A stretch of DNA of 20,213 nucleotides, from contig JACZTB010000031.1 of assembly GCA_022573895.1 (NCBI GenBank), forward strand, positions 1 through 20,213, read 5' to 3'. Under the pieces are notes generated by a model that worked only from the letters and a program-made list of their open reading frames with translations, was not told where the DNA came from and did no database searches. The position numbers and the translations under genes are program-made. This document shows, one piece after another, positions 1-8,619 of the stretch; within the stretch, counting starts at the first letter, position 1; every line of letters starts with the position of its first letter. The stretch comes from Nitrososphaerota archaeon. GTDB lineage: Archaea > Thermoproteota > Nitrososphaeria > Nitrososphaerales > Nitrosopumilaceae.

Positions 1-2577
1 GACAACGACGTTGTCGGATTTGATGCTCCAACAGCATTAGAGGGCTTTACATTTGGTTCTCTAGGTAGACTGTTAGATATTACATTTGATGATGTAAAGT
101 GGGAGAATGTCGGTGGTAACTGTGACCCAGGAGCAGACAATGATGGACTCGGTGCTACTGGATTTACTCTGGTAGAGACCGATATTGCATCAGGTGTCTT
201 TGTTGGTGACTTCCAAATCCCAGCAGAATGGTGTAGAGCAGATACTATTAATACTGAAGAAACCACAACCGGACTCGACATCGAAGTCAACTATGTTGAC
301 TATAGAGATGCATCTGGTGAAATCATCGAAGTAGGTGACTCAGCAGGAGTAAGAGCCAATACAGGAACAATTAGTCTTGATAGAACCGTATATCCAGTAC
401 CATTTGGTATTCCGGATGACTTTGGTTCAACAAACACAGCACCAACAGGTGATTCCATCTTTGCAATTCATGCAAGTGGATTCAATGATGACACACTAGC
501 TGTTGATGGTACCTTTATCCCAAGTGGCGATTTGACGATTCACATTAGAGTCAACGACCCCGATGCAGATCTCAATCCAGCTGGTGAAGATAACATTGCA
601 TTTGTTCGAACAGCAGCCGTATCAGGTGGAAGTCCAGACAATGGACCAGTCAGAATCTCTGTAATCAGAGGTGCTGATACTGTTGTCCTTGGATATGTTG
701 GTGGCCCAGATGCCATCGACAGAGCCATATTTGTCGGCGCTAGTCCTGGTGACCAAATTGCCAGAGACTTTGGACCAATGGGTGAAATCGCACCAGACGC
801 AGGTATATTCGAAGCTGATATTACAATCCGATACACTGACGGTCCAGCAAGTAGCGTATGTCCAGATACAACAGCATACACCGACATAGTTGTAGCCGGT
901 GATGTTAACGTAACTGGAGAAATTCTTGACAGATTCTCTGCTCTTGACGACACTGCTGCTAATGATTATTGTATCCTACAAGGAGACATTCTCCAAGTAG
1001 AATACGAAGATCCAGCAGATGCATCAGGTAACACAAACACAGTAACTGACTCTGCTACATTTGACCTAAGAAACGGTGTATTACAATCAGACAAATCTGT
1101 ATACATTATTGGTTCCGACATGATCTTGACCCTCATTGAACCAGACTTTGATCTGGACAACGACGGAGCCGAGACATATGACTTGGACTTGATTGAATGG
1201 GATTCTGATGCCGCAACTGTCACCATGGGTGATAGAGACGGCGAAGGTGCAGCATTCGATCCAGAACCCGATGCATTTAGGGAAACAGGTGACAGCACTG
1301 GAATCTTCCAGATTGTCATTGAAATCCCTGAAGCTCTAGAAAATGATAACCTTGAAAGAGGTGAACAAATTGTTCTAGAGTATACCGATTGGGGTCCATC
1401 AGGAGCTGACTATGTAGGTCAGGAAGATGAAGATATCAACGTAACAATCTACACTTCTAACTTTGGAGCAACTGTGGAACTTGACCAAAAAGTTTACACT
1501 TGGACTGACAAAGTCTACATTACTATCGTAGCACCAGATCACAACTTCGACAGTGATTTGATTGATACAATCGGAGATTCTCCTGCAGATCCAGTAAAGA
1601 TCTCAACTAGAGGATTCGATATTAATCAATACTCACTAGTAGAAACTGGTACTGATACAGGCATCTTCACCGGTGAGGTTATCCTTGTCGGATTTGCACA
1701 TGATGCAACAGGCGATGGTAGTTTCGACAAAGGTACACAAACCACTTCCGCTGATGACACTGGCCCAACAGATGGTTTCTTAGAGACTGATAATGACGAC
1801 GGTCTTACTGTCTCATTTGAATTCTCAGAAGATGAAACTGTAGTTGGTTCAGCACTTATCAGATGGAATATTGGTGAAACCCAGTGGCTTGAAGCAAGTT
1901 ATCCAGCTAGCGGAACAGGTGTTATAAGAATAATTGATCCAGACATGAACTTGAATCCAGAAGCAGTCGACAACTTTAACGTCGATGTGTGGTCTGACTC
2001 CGACGCCGGAGGTATTGATCTTACCGTAACAGAAACTAACGAGGCAACCGGAATATTCGAAGGTACTGTGTTCTTCACAACTACTGACGAATCATCTGGT
2101 CACAGACTCAGAGTTTCAGAAGGTGACACAGTCACTGGAGAGTACGAGGACAATACACTACCTGATCCATACACAAGAGCCGATGAGCTCGATATTTCTG
2201 CCACTACACTAATCGGTACTATAGTACCACCTCTCGAGAGAGCACCAGCTGCTAACTTGAGAACAGTTGACGCATTCGGCAACAGCTTAGATGCTGTCTC
2301 CGTTGATCAACAGGTACAAATCAGCGCTGACTTAGCTAATGGTCAAGATAGAGAGCAAGCATTTGCATACTTGGTACAGATTCAGGATGGTAACGGTGTT
2401 ACAGTCTCACTAGCATGGATTACAGGTTCATTAACTGCTGGTCAATCATTTAGCCCAGCATTATCATGGATTCCAACTGAAGCAGGAACATACACTGCTA
2501 CTGCATTCGTTTGGGAATCAATTGATAATCCAACGGCATTGTCACCACCAATCAGCACAACAATCAACGTAAGTTAA
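1..2577 (+). CDS. Large acidic modular surface/secreted protein, 5'-truncated by window edge (858 codons visible); candidate S-layer or adhesin-type protein
   Basis: Frame 1 is open from nt 1: my translation DNDVVGFDAPTALEGFTFGS... runs without a stop into the ATG at 532 used by the ORF track. Stop at 2575-2577. Very D/E/T/G-rich. Recurrent ~120-160 aa module: xVxLDxxxY ... IxVxDPDxNLxP ... L(V/T)ETGxxTGIFxGxV ... GDxVxxEYxD. The TGIF-type motif lies at window aa ~61-71 and ORF-track aa ~88, 250, 370 and 500. Distinct C-terminal ~110 aa domain (LRTVDAFGNSL...TYTATAFVWES). No C-terminal TM anchor. Confidence 0.85.
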   Translation, partial: DNDVVGFDAPTALEGFTFGSLGRLLDITFDDVKWENVGGNCDPGADNDGLGATGFTLVETDIASGVFVGDFQIPAEWCRADTINTEETTTGLDIEVNYVDYRDASGEIIEVGDSAGVRANTGTISLDRTVYPVPFGIPDDFGSTNTAPTGDSIFAIHASGFNDDTLAVDGTFIPSGDLTIHIRVNDPDADLNPAGEDNIAFVRTAAVSGGSPDNGPVRISVIRGADTVVLGYVGGPDAIDRAIFVGASPGDQIARDFGPMGEIAPDAGIFEADITIRYTDGPASSVCPDTTAYTDIVVAGDVNVTGEILDRFSALDDTAANDYCILQGDILQVEYEDPADASGNTNTVTDSATFDLRNGVLQSDKSVYIIGSDMILTLIEPDFDLDNDGAETYDLDLIEWDSDAATVTMGDRDGEGAAFDPEPDAFRETGDSTGIFQIVIEIPEALENDNLERGEQIVLEYTDWGPSGADYVGQEDEDINVTIYTSNFGATVELDQKVYTWTDKVYITIVAPDHNFDSDLIDTIGDSPADPVKISTRGFDINQYSLVETGTDTGIFTGEVILVGFAHDATGDGSFDKGTQTTSADDTGPTDGFLETDNDDGLTVSFEFSEDETVVGSALIRWNIGETQWLEASYPASGTGVIRIIDPDMNLNPEAVDNFNVDVWSDSDAGGIDLTVTETNEATGIFEGTVFFTTTDESSGHRLRVSEGDTVTGEYEDNTLPDPYTRADELDISATTLIGTIVPPLERAPAANLRTVDAFGNSLDAVSVDQQVQISADLANGQDREQAFAYLVQIQDGNGVTVSLAWITGSLTAGQSFSPALSWIPTEAGTYTATAFVWESIDNPTALSPPISTTINVS

Positions 2578-2596
2578 AACTAGTTCAAACTATCCC

Positions 2597-2611
2597 TTTT
2601 TTCTTTTTTTT
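2597..2611 (+). terminator. Oligo-T tract (T6-C-T8) 20 nt after the stop of the acidic protein gene; archaeal-type terminator
   Basis: Sequence cccTTTTTTcTTTTTTTTg read directly. Archaeal RNA polymerase terminates at oligo-T runs (established). Confidence 0.55.
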
Positions 2612-2685
2612 GAATCCCACTTAACGAAAGTTATGGATAATTTTTCCAGAAGCAATATCTATTAGAACACTATTGATTAATCAAA

Positions 2686-3657
2686 ATGAAACTCCAAATT
2701 TTATTTTCTGTATTAATTGCACTTTTACTTGTACAAATTCCAAATTCATTTTCAGAGGAACTAGTGTTATTTACAAACAGCAAGGTCTATTCTCCTGCAC
2801 ATAGTTTACAGATATATGGCACAGGACTGCCTGAAGAAAATCTGATTATACGACTCTTCGCCCCTGATGATACAATTGCAAAGTTTGATCAAATTAGTAC
2901 CGAACCAGACGGTTCTTTTAATTATGGTTTGTTAATTTGGCCAGAACCCTCAACAAGTTTTCCATATGGAACATACACAGTAGAGGTAATCAGCACTGAA
3001 CAAAATGGAATCTCTAAAAAAATTGATGTAAAGTTTACATCAACAACAGACTTGGTTGATGTACCTGTTGAAAGAAATGTGAACACGTTAGTCTTTGCTC
3101 CTGAAACTGCTGCGGTAAACCAAACATTTCGAGTTTTTGTGCAAACAACCAGTGATGGCCTCTTGATTGGAAATGATCCTGCTGAATTACTGAGAACCAC
3201 CCATGTCCACTTGCCATCCGGCCTTTCCATTTCTCTGTCTACTTTATTTAATACCTTACACCAAGGATTGTATTTTGTTGATTTTACTCCCAGGGAAGAA
3301 GGAACACATGTCTTTCATGTCGTTGTTTTTATTCAAGGAACAGTGTCTCATGGATCAGCTGCAACTAACGTTATAAGTCAAGATATTGAAGGGATTTCTG
3401 AGCAAATAATTAAACTAAACTCAATTCTAGATGAGACCTCAAGCGAGCTTGATGTTCTCAAATCTGAAATTGCAGGATTTGATGTTACTCTAGAACATGC
3501 AAGTAATCAGATAGATGAAAATATTGGAACCATCTCTACCTCTGTACAATTCATTAGTGAGGCTTCCTCTCAACTCAACGCACTGATGTTGCCAATTATT
3601 GCATCTATTGGCCTTATTGTAGCCTTGCAAATTACAATTCTTGCAAGGAGAAGATAG
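2686..3657 (+). CDS. Secreted, C-terminally membrane-anchored protein of unknown function (323 aa)
   Basis: N-terminal signal-like segment MKLQILFSVLIALLLVQIPNSFSEE. Beta-rich middle. Heptad-like/coiled-coil-looking segment (SEQIIKLNSILDETSSELDVLKSEIAGFDVTLEHASNQIDENI). C-terminal TM helix plus basic tail (LPIIASIGLIVALQITILARRR). No recognisable catalytic motif. Confidence 0.75.
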   Translation: MKLQILFSVLIALLLVQIPNSFSEELVLFTNSKVYSPAHSLQIYGTGLPEENLIIRLFAPDDTIAKFDQISTEPDGSFNYGLLIWPEPSTSFPYGTYTVEVISTEQNGISKKIDVKFTSTTDLVDVPVERNVNTLVFAPETAAVNQTFRVFVQTTSDGLLIGNDPAELLRTTHVHLPSGLSISLSTLFNTLHQGLYFVDFTPREEGTHVFHVVVFIQGTVSHGSAATNVISQDIEGISEQIIKLNSILDETSSELDVLKSEIAGFDVTLEHASNQIDENIGTISTSVQFISEASSQLNALMLPIIASIGLIVALQITILARRR

Positions 3658-3664
3658 TTGTGAA

Positions 3665-4061
3665 CTACCACCCAACAAGTGCGGTGGACTCTTCCTGTTT
3701 CATAGAACCCTTTGGGTTCTCCACAAGCGTTACTTCCCGCAGCTCCTGCGGTAGTTTATAGTCGGCTTTTGCCGACAGGTTTAATCCCTTGTTGAGGATG
3801 TTAATACTGGCATTGTAATCTCGATCTAAAACCAAATTACAAACATTGCACCTGTGAATCCTAACGGATAGACTTTTTGGTACCATACTACCACATCTTG
3901 AACAATCAATAGTTGCAATCATTTCTTGATACAAATCCCTTTTGAGCATATTCTACAAACTTGTTGTACACCCAACGACACACAGATAAATTATTCTGAA
4001 GTTTGTACTCTTGGGAACCATTAGGGTATAGTCTAAATTTGTAATTTCTTGTTAATACCAT
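3665..4061 (-). pseudogene. tnpB: Internally deleted, frameshifted tnpB (IS200/IS605-family OrfB/TnpB) remnant keeping only the N- and C-terminal ends
   Basis: Minus-strand translation from ATG 4061-4059 gives MVLTRNYKFRLYPNGSQEYKLQNNLSVCRWVYNKFVEYAQKGFVSRNDCNY* (stop 3908-3906), the canonical TnpB N-terminus (YKFRLYPN..Q). The overlapping 94-aa ORF 3665..3949, in a different frame, carries the C-terminal zinc ribbon (CSRCG...CNVC), the RuvC-III-like DRDYNASINI and the typical tail ...VENPKGSMKQEE. Full-length TnpB is ~400 aa; only ~130 aa equivalents remain. No tnpA in the window. Confidence 0.85.
3704..3776 (-). other. Three perfect GC-rich stem-loops inside the 3' end of the tnpB remnant (possible omega-RNA/right-end scaffold remnant)
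   Basis: AGAACCC-ttt-GGGTTCT (3704-3720), CCGCAG-ctc-CTGCGG (3737-3751), GTCGGC-tttt-GCCGAC (3761-3776). They are locally GC-rich in an AT-rich genome. TnpB guide RNAs are known to be encoded across the tnpB 3' end and transposon right end. Confidence 0.35.
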
Positions 4062-4158
4062 TACCAGAATTTGATATGGTAAACAATGTTAAATTACTTG
4101 TCATGAAAAAAACTGCAAGTCCAGCTATACCATATTTACTAGTCTTCTCGCCATAAAA

Positions 4159-4166
4159 TTATAAAT
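4159..4166 (+). promoter_or_regulatory. TATA-like box (TTATAAAT) ~26 nt upstream of the protease ATG; implies leaderless or very short-leader mRNA
   Basis: Sequence read directly. The spacing matches archaeal TATA-to-TSS distance (~25-30 nt). Confidence 0.45.
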
Positions 4167-4187
4167 GCCATAAAATAAACACAAATA

Positions 4188-7100
4188 ATGCCCAAAGTGG
4201 CGATTTTCATCTCTATCATACTTCTCTCATCTGTATCTACAAATTCTTACGCAATTCCTTCTGGAGATATGATTCTTGAAGAAGGCATACCAAAACAGTT
4301 TGAATTTAGTTCAGGTATAATTAAAGTTGATCCTAACTTTTTTACTGAAAATAATTTCAAGCGATATCTAATTTTTGGAGCAAACCCACAAAGTTCTGAT
4401 TATCTAAAAAACCATTCCTCGTACGGAGTCCGTTCTGATAGCGGATTTTTCCATGTAGCAATACTTTCAGAAAATGGCGCATCAAGTCTAGTCTCTCAAG
4501 GCTATAATGTAATTGAAGATTTTAAGTTAGATTTTCATTCCACTGATCTAACTGATGTATCACGGATTGCCCAAATAACTCGCTCTGATATTGCACAAAA
4601 AAATTATGGTGTTACGGGAAACGGAACAACAATTGCAGTTATAGATACAGGAGTTGATTTTTCCAATCTAGATATCCAGCACTCTCTTGCTAGAGATGAC
4701 AAAAACCATCCTATAATGCTTGATCCTGATGGTCAGGGAATTATTCTAACCAATGCAACCTTCTTTGCATTTATTGACAAAAATGACATCATCAGAAATT
4801 ACAGCAAACCTATTCCACCTGCTCTAACATCCTCAGTCTATGTAACAAAACAAGGAGTCTTTCTAGACGTGTCTCAAGAAGGTAAGGGTACCATAATCTC
4901 AATCTACAACTCATTTTTTCCACAACTAGGCTTCTCAGTAATTTTTAACGGAACTCTATCTGAGGATATGAAGATTGGTGAAGATAACAGAAATTACATC
5001 AAATCAAAGAGTGGAATATATCACCTCGGTATAATTTATCAGGGATCTCTAGCGCGAATACAAGTAGTACCCGTACTGGTAGTTGACTCGTTTGTATCGG
5101 GTGTCTATGATACAATAATTCCTGATCTGAGTACTTCATGGGAAGACTATACCAGATTTGATCTGAAGCAGGGCCAAAAACCAAAATATGATTTTGACTT
5201 TACTGATGAGAAACCAATCATACTAGGAAGCGGAAAAGAGTTTCTTGTGTATGATTCAAACGATGACGGAAAAAATGATTACAGTGCAGGGACATTTGGT
5301 GCACAAGTACTGGATGTTTATGGCGTGATACAGAACAAGACTGCAAAGATTGATGATTTTCTGATGGCAGTTAATGGAACATTACTTCCGGCATTAGATC
5401 CTGACGGTGAATTTTTTGGCCTGATGACTGATTTTGTGGGACATGGCACATCTACTGCAGCAACCATTACTTCGAGAGGAATTGAGACTTATGATATCTA
5501 TAACAATACTAAGAAGTTTACCATCCTTGGCGTAGCTCCTGATGCAAAGATTATTCCTGTAAAGGCATTGTGGTTTGGTGATACTGTTTATGGATGGCTA
5601 TGGGCTGCCGGATTTGATAGTGTAGAAAATGATTGGAAGTTTACAGGAAAGCCCAGAGTTGATATAATCTCAAACAGCTGGGGCGTCTCTAATTTCCCTT
5701 CCTTTAAGACATCTCCAGGTATGGATGTTCTTTCTCTGATTCTTAGTATACTTGTAACACCTCATTCCTTGGATGATGATTATCCAGGAGTTACGATAGT
5801 TTCCAGTGCAGGAAATTCCGGACATGGATATGGAACAATAGGATTACCAACTGCATCACCCTATGGAATTTCAGTTGGCGCAACTACCAACAATGTCTTT
5901 GTAGGTTATGGCTCATTCAAGGATCAGCCAAGATTTGGAAATTCAACATCAAATTACAATGAAATAGTTGATTTCTCTAGTAGAGGTCCTAGTTCTATTG
6001 GTGATCCAAAACCGGACTTGATGAGTATAGGTGCATACGGATTTACTCCATCAAATGTTTTAAAATCTGAAAAAGACTCTAAGGATGAATCATTTTCTTT
6101 GTTTGGAGGAACCAGTATGTCCGCACCTATCGTATCTGGTAGTGCAGCAATACTGATAGAAGGTATGAAAAAACTCTCCCAAGACATTGATCCATTTACA
6201 ATTAAAAATATTTTAATGTCTACTGCAACTGATCTTAAAAATGATCCATTCACTCAAGGATCGGGATTAGTTAATGTCTCTTCAGCTTTGGACTATGTTA
6301 ATGGACAAGATGGATTGTTTATCGTACATAATGATGCATCATATCTCAACATCAAGAAAATTTTAGATCCTGCAATAAACAAAGTAAACTCGACAGCAAT
6401 TGGATTTGAAAAATTTCAACTGCCCTCTAGTTCTATTCCTATGACGAGTTGGTTTGCAGGACAATTACTCCCAGGCGAAAAAAGTTCTGCTACTTTTACT
6501 ATAGTCAATCCTTCTGAAAATGAAATAACAGTTACTGTAACGCCAAAAAAATTATCTCTAATTGCAAAAAATCAGTTTAGCGGAACAACAATTGTACAAC
6601 AACAGGATCCAATACATAACAAAACTGGAATCTATATTCCAAACTATGTCAAGCTCTCAGATGTAAGACAACATTCCACCTTGGCTGAATTTTTTGATGA
6701 GAAAGATCCCATTCCTGATGATTCCTCATTGATGATACTGAATGTAAATTTCCAGTTTGATACATTCATGAATAAGACTTCAGATGTCTATGCTGATGAT
6801 ATCAAGATCTCTTCTTTGTATATTTATGATTGGCTTGATAACAATAATGATACAAAAATTACAAGTGATGAATTATCCATGGTTAATAGAGCTGGCTCCT
6901 GGGGAACTGTTCAAGAACTCAGAGTAACTGATCCAAATGAAAAATTTGAAGGAACTCCTCTGGTTGGTGTATATCCTGTCCCAACAAGATATTCTTATTG
7001 GCTCGGTGACACAAAAATGAATTCCACCTCTATGGATTATACATTATCTGCAAGTTTTTATCAAAAGGAAAAGTGGTCTGTCATCTGGCTTGAATCTCAA

Positions 7101-7970
7101 ACTATTACTGTACCGCCAAAAGATGTTGCTACAGTTGATGTAACATTAGTTGCACCAACTGATCTGCAAACAGGAGTCTATCAGGGATTTCTAACTTTTG
7201 AGGGAGAAAAACATACGGTAAATGCCCCAGTATCCTTTGTTATAAAACAATTAGTTGATCAGAATGATTCTACTGTAATTATCCAAGGCAAACAAAGTGA
7301 TGATGTTCTTTATGGCAGTGGATACATCAAAGGAGCATTTGATATGGCTAATCGATACATGGCAGGAGATTGGAGACAATATTATTTTGACATTCAAGAC
7401 GAATCAATTAATTCAGCAGCGATTGAACTTTCATGGATTACTGATGATACTAATCTGGCTGTCTTTGTAACGGATCCATCGGGACAAATAGTTCAAACAA
7501 ATGTTCCATCTGGAGTGTTTGGTCATTTTCTGGGATGGCCTTCTCTTGATTGGTTAGGCAACTCTATCTTTAGTCAAGGTGGTGGATTCTTTCCTGTAAA
7601 AAATAAAGATAATACATCAACTGTTCTATATGTTCCAATTAACCAAACTGGTACTTACACTCTTTTGACACATTCAACATTATTTGGAGGAAATTCAACA
7701 ACAGAACCAATTACACTTGTAGCAAAATTCACTAACATTTCATCTCAAGATGAGTCGATAGAAACAGAGTTTGAATCAAATGATTCTATTTCAGAAGACG
7801 ACTATAACACAATCTCTAAAACAAAAACTCTTCCTGATGACTCTGTTCAAATAAATTATTCTGATAGACTTGATTCATCCTTTAGTCTTGGCATTACTCT
7901 TGGATTAATAATTGGAATTGCGATTGGAGTCATTATCATATTCATTATCAGACAAAAACATGAAGAGTAG
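4188..7970 (+). CDS. Giant extracellular, membrane-anchored subtilisin-family (S8) serine protease with TPPII-like catalytic spacing (1260 aa)
   Basis: Signal-like N-terminus (MPKVAIFISIILLSSVSTNSYA). Catalytic Asp in TTIAVIDTGVD (D153, nt 4644-4646), His in VGHGTSTAA (H419), oxyanion Asn in ISNSWG (N496), Ser in GGTSMSAPIVSG (S643). About 265 residues lie between Asp and His. About 600 aa C-terminal extension, an acidic/Ser-rich linker, then TM anchor GITLGLIIGIAIGVIIIFIIRQKHEE. Confidence 0.9.
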   Translation: MPKVAIFISIILLSSVSTNSYAIPSGDMILEEGIPKQFEFSSGIIKVDPNFFTENNFKRYLIFGANPQSSDYLKNHSSYGVRSDSGFFHVAILSENGASSLVSQGYNVIEDFKLDFHSTDLTDVSRIAQITRSDIAQKNYGVTGNGTTIAVIDTGVDFSNLDIQHSLARDDKNHPIMLDPDGQGIILTNATFFAFIDKNDIIRNYSKPIPPALTSSVYVTKQGVFLDVSQEGKGTIISIYNSFFPQLGFSVIFNGTLSEDMKIGEDNRNYIKSKSGIYHLGIIYQGSLARIQVVPVLVVDSFVSGVYDTIIPDLSTSWEDYTRFDLKQGQKPKYDFDFTDEKPIILGSGKEFLVYDSNDDGKNDYSAGTFGAQVLDVYGVIQNKTAKIDDFLMAVNGTLLPALDPDGEFFGLMTDFVGHGTSTAATITSRGIETYDIYNNTKKFTILGVAPDAKIIPVKALWFGDTVYGWLWAAGFDSVENDWKFTGKPRVDIISNSWGVSNFPSFKTSPGMDVLSLILSILVTPHSLDDDYPGVTIVSSAGNSGHGYGTIGLPTASPYGISVGATTNNVFVGYGSFKDQPRFGNSTSNYNEIVDFSSRGPSSIGDPKPDLMSIGAYGFTPSNVLKSEKDSKDESFSLFGGTSMSAPIVSGSAAILIEGMKKLSQDIDPFTIKNILMSTATDLKNDPFTQGSGLVNVSSALDYVNGQDGLFIVHNDASYLNIKKILDPAINKVNSTAIGFEKFQLPSSSIPMTSWFAGQLLPGEKSSATFTIVNPSENEITVTVTPKKLSLIAKNQFSGTTIVQQQDPIHNKTGIYIPNYVKLSDVRQHSTLAEFFDEKDPIPDDSSLMILNVNFQFDTFMNKTSDVYADDIKISSLYIYDWLDNNNDTKITSDELSMVNRAGSWGTVQELRVTDPNEKFEGTPLVGVYPVPTRYSYWLGDTKMNSTSMDYTLSASFYQKEKWSVIWLESQTITVPPKDVATVDVTLVAPTDLQTGVYQGFLTFEGEKHTVNAPVSFVIKQLVDQNDSTVIIQGKQSDDVLYGSGYIKGAFDMANRYMAGDWRQYYFDIQDESINSAAIELSWITDDTNLAVFVTDPSGQIVQTNVPSGVFGHFLGWPSLDWLGNSIFSQGGGFFPVKNKDNTSTVLYVPINQTGTYTLLTHSTLFGGNSTTEPITLVAKFTNISSQDESIETEFESNDSISEDDYNTISKTKTLPDDSVQINYSDRLDSSFSLGITLGLIIGIAIGVIIIFIIRQKHEE

Positions 7971-7980
7971 TTCATGAAGA

Positions 7981-7987
7981 TTTATAA
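7981..7987 (+). promoter_or_regulatory. TATA box TTTATAA ~30 nt upstream of the Rieske gene ATG
   Basis: Exact TTTATAA read at 7981-7987. The same heptamer sits at the same distance upstream of the cupredoxin gene. Confidence 0.55.
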
Positions 7988-8013
7988 GCAATTTGGCGTG
8001 TACGTCAGCTTGA

Positions 8014-8619
8014 ATGTTAGAGCTTGGGATAAAAAAGTCTGACGGATTATCCAGAAGGGACTTTCTAAAGTTGATGGGCGCCGCAGGCACAGGATTAGCG
8101 TTTGCTCCATTTATTCCATGGGGCAATTTCATGCCAAACCCAAGTCAGGCAACTCTTGAAAAAGTACCCGTAATCTTACCTGATGGGACTCGCGCCAATA
8201 TCAACACTTTTCCAATTAATTTCTCTGAAGTAATCACATATCCACATACTGGCGATTCTGCACTTGATGCAGAAGCATTTCGTAAATGGCAGTTCATAAG
8301 ATTACCTGAAGAATTAGGTGGTTCAAAAAGTGACATATCTGCTCTCCGAGCATACAGTATGATCTGTCTTCATCTTTGGTGCTTGTGGAAGTATTGGCCA
8401 GATGAAGGAAGAAAGAGAGGTGAATGTCCTTGTCATGGTAGTATGTATGATCCAACAACTGGAATAGCTTTTCTAGGTCCTGCATCAGTGCAAGCCCCCC
8501 CATCAAACACGTTAGCTGAATTGTATTTGGAAATTGACTCCGATGGATTTGTATTTATCTTGCCGCCAAAGTTTGATGTAAATGCTAATGGAGTAATTGG
8601 ATATGGCCGTTTCGCTTGA
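8014..8619 (+). CDS. Rieske [2Fe-2S] protein with twin-arginine (Tat) signal; complex III / b6f-like subunit
   Basis: Tat motif SRRDFLKLMGAAGTGLAFAPF. Cluster-binding boxes CLHLWC and CPCHGS. 3' end overlaps the cytochrome b start by 23 nt. Confidence 0.92.
   Translation: MLELGIKKSDGLSRRDFLKLMGAAGTGLAFAPFIPWGNFMPNPSQATLEKVPVILPDGTRANINTFPINFSEVITYPHTGDSALDAEAFRKWQFIRLPEELGGSKSDISALRAYSMICLHLWCLWKYWPDEGRKRGECPCHGSMYDPTTGIAFLGPASVQAPPSNTLAELYLEIDSDGFVFILPPKFDVNANGVIGYGRFA

Noticed and set aside
540-2282. Antisense and alternative-frame ORFs inside the acidic protein gene (540..953-, 671..889+, 966..1319-, 2100..2282-)
   Set aside because: They are fully nested in a long, motif-rich, well-supported CDS. 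Their Ser/Ala/Pro-rich translations are typical of the antisense frame of an Asp/Glu/Gly-rich gene.
3580-7970. PGF-CTERM / PEFG-CTERM-type archaeosortase sorting signals at the C-termini of the 323-aa protein and the protease
   Set aside because: Both end in a TM helix plus charged tail, but neither has the PGF/PEFG tripeptide signature before the helix. I describe them only as generic C-terminal anchors.
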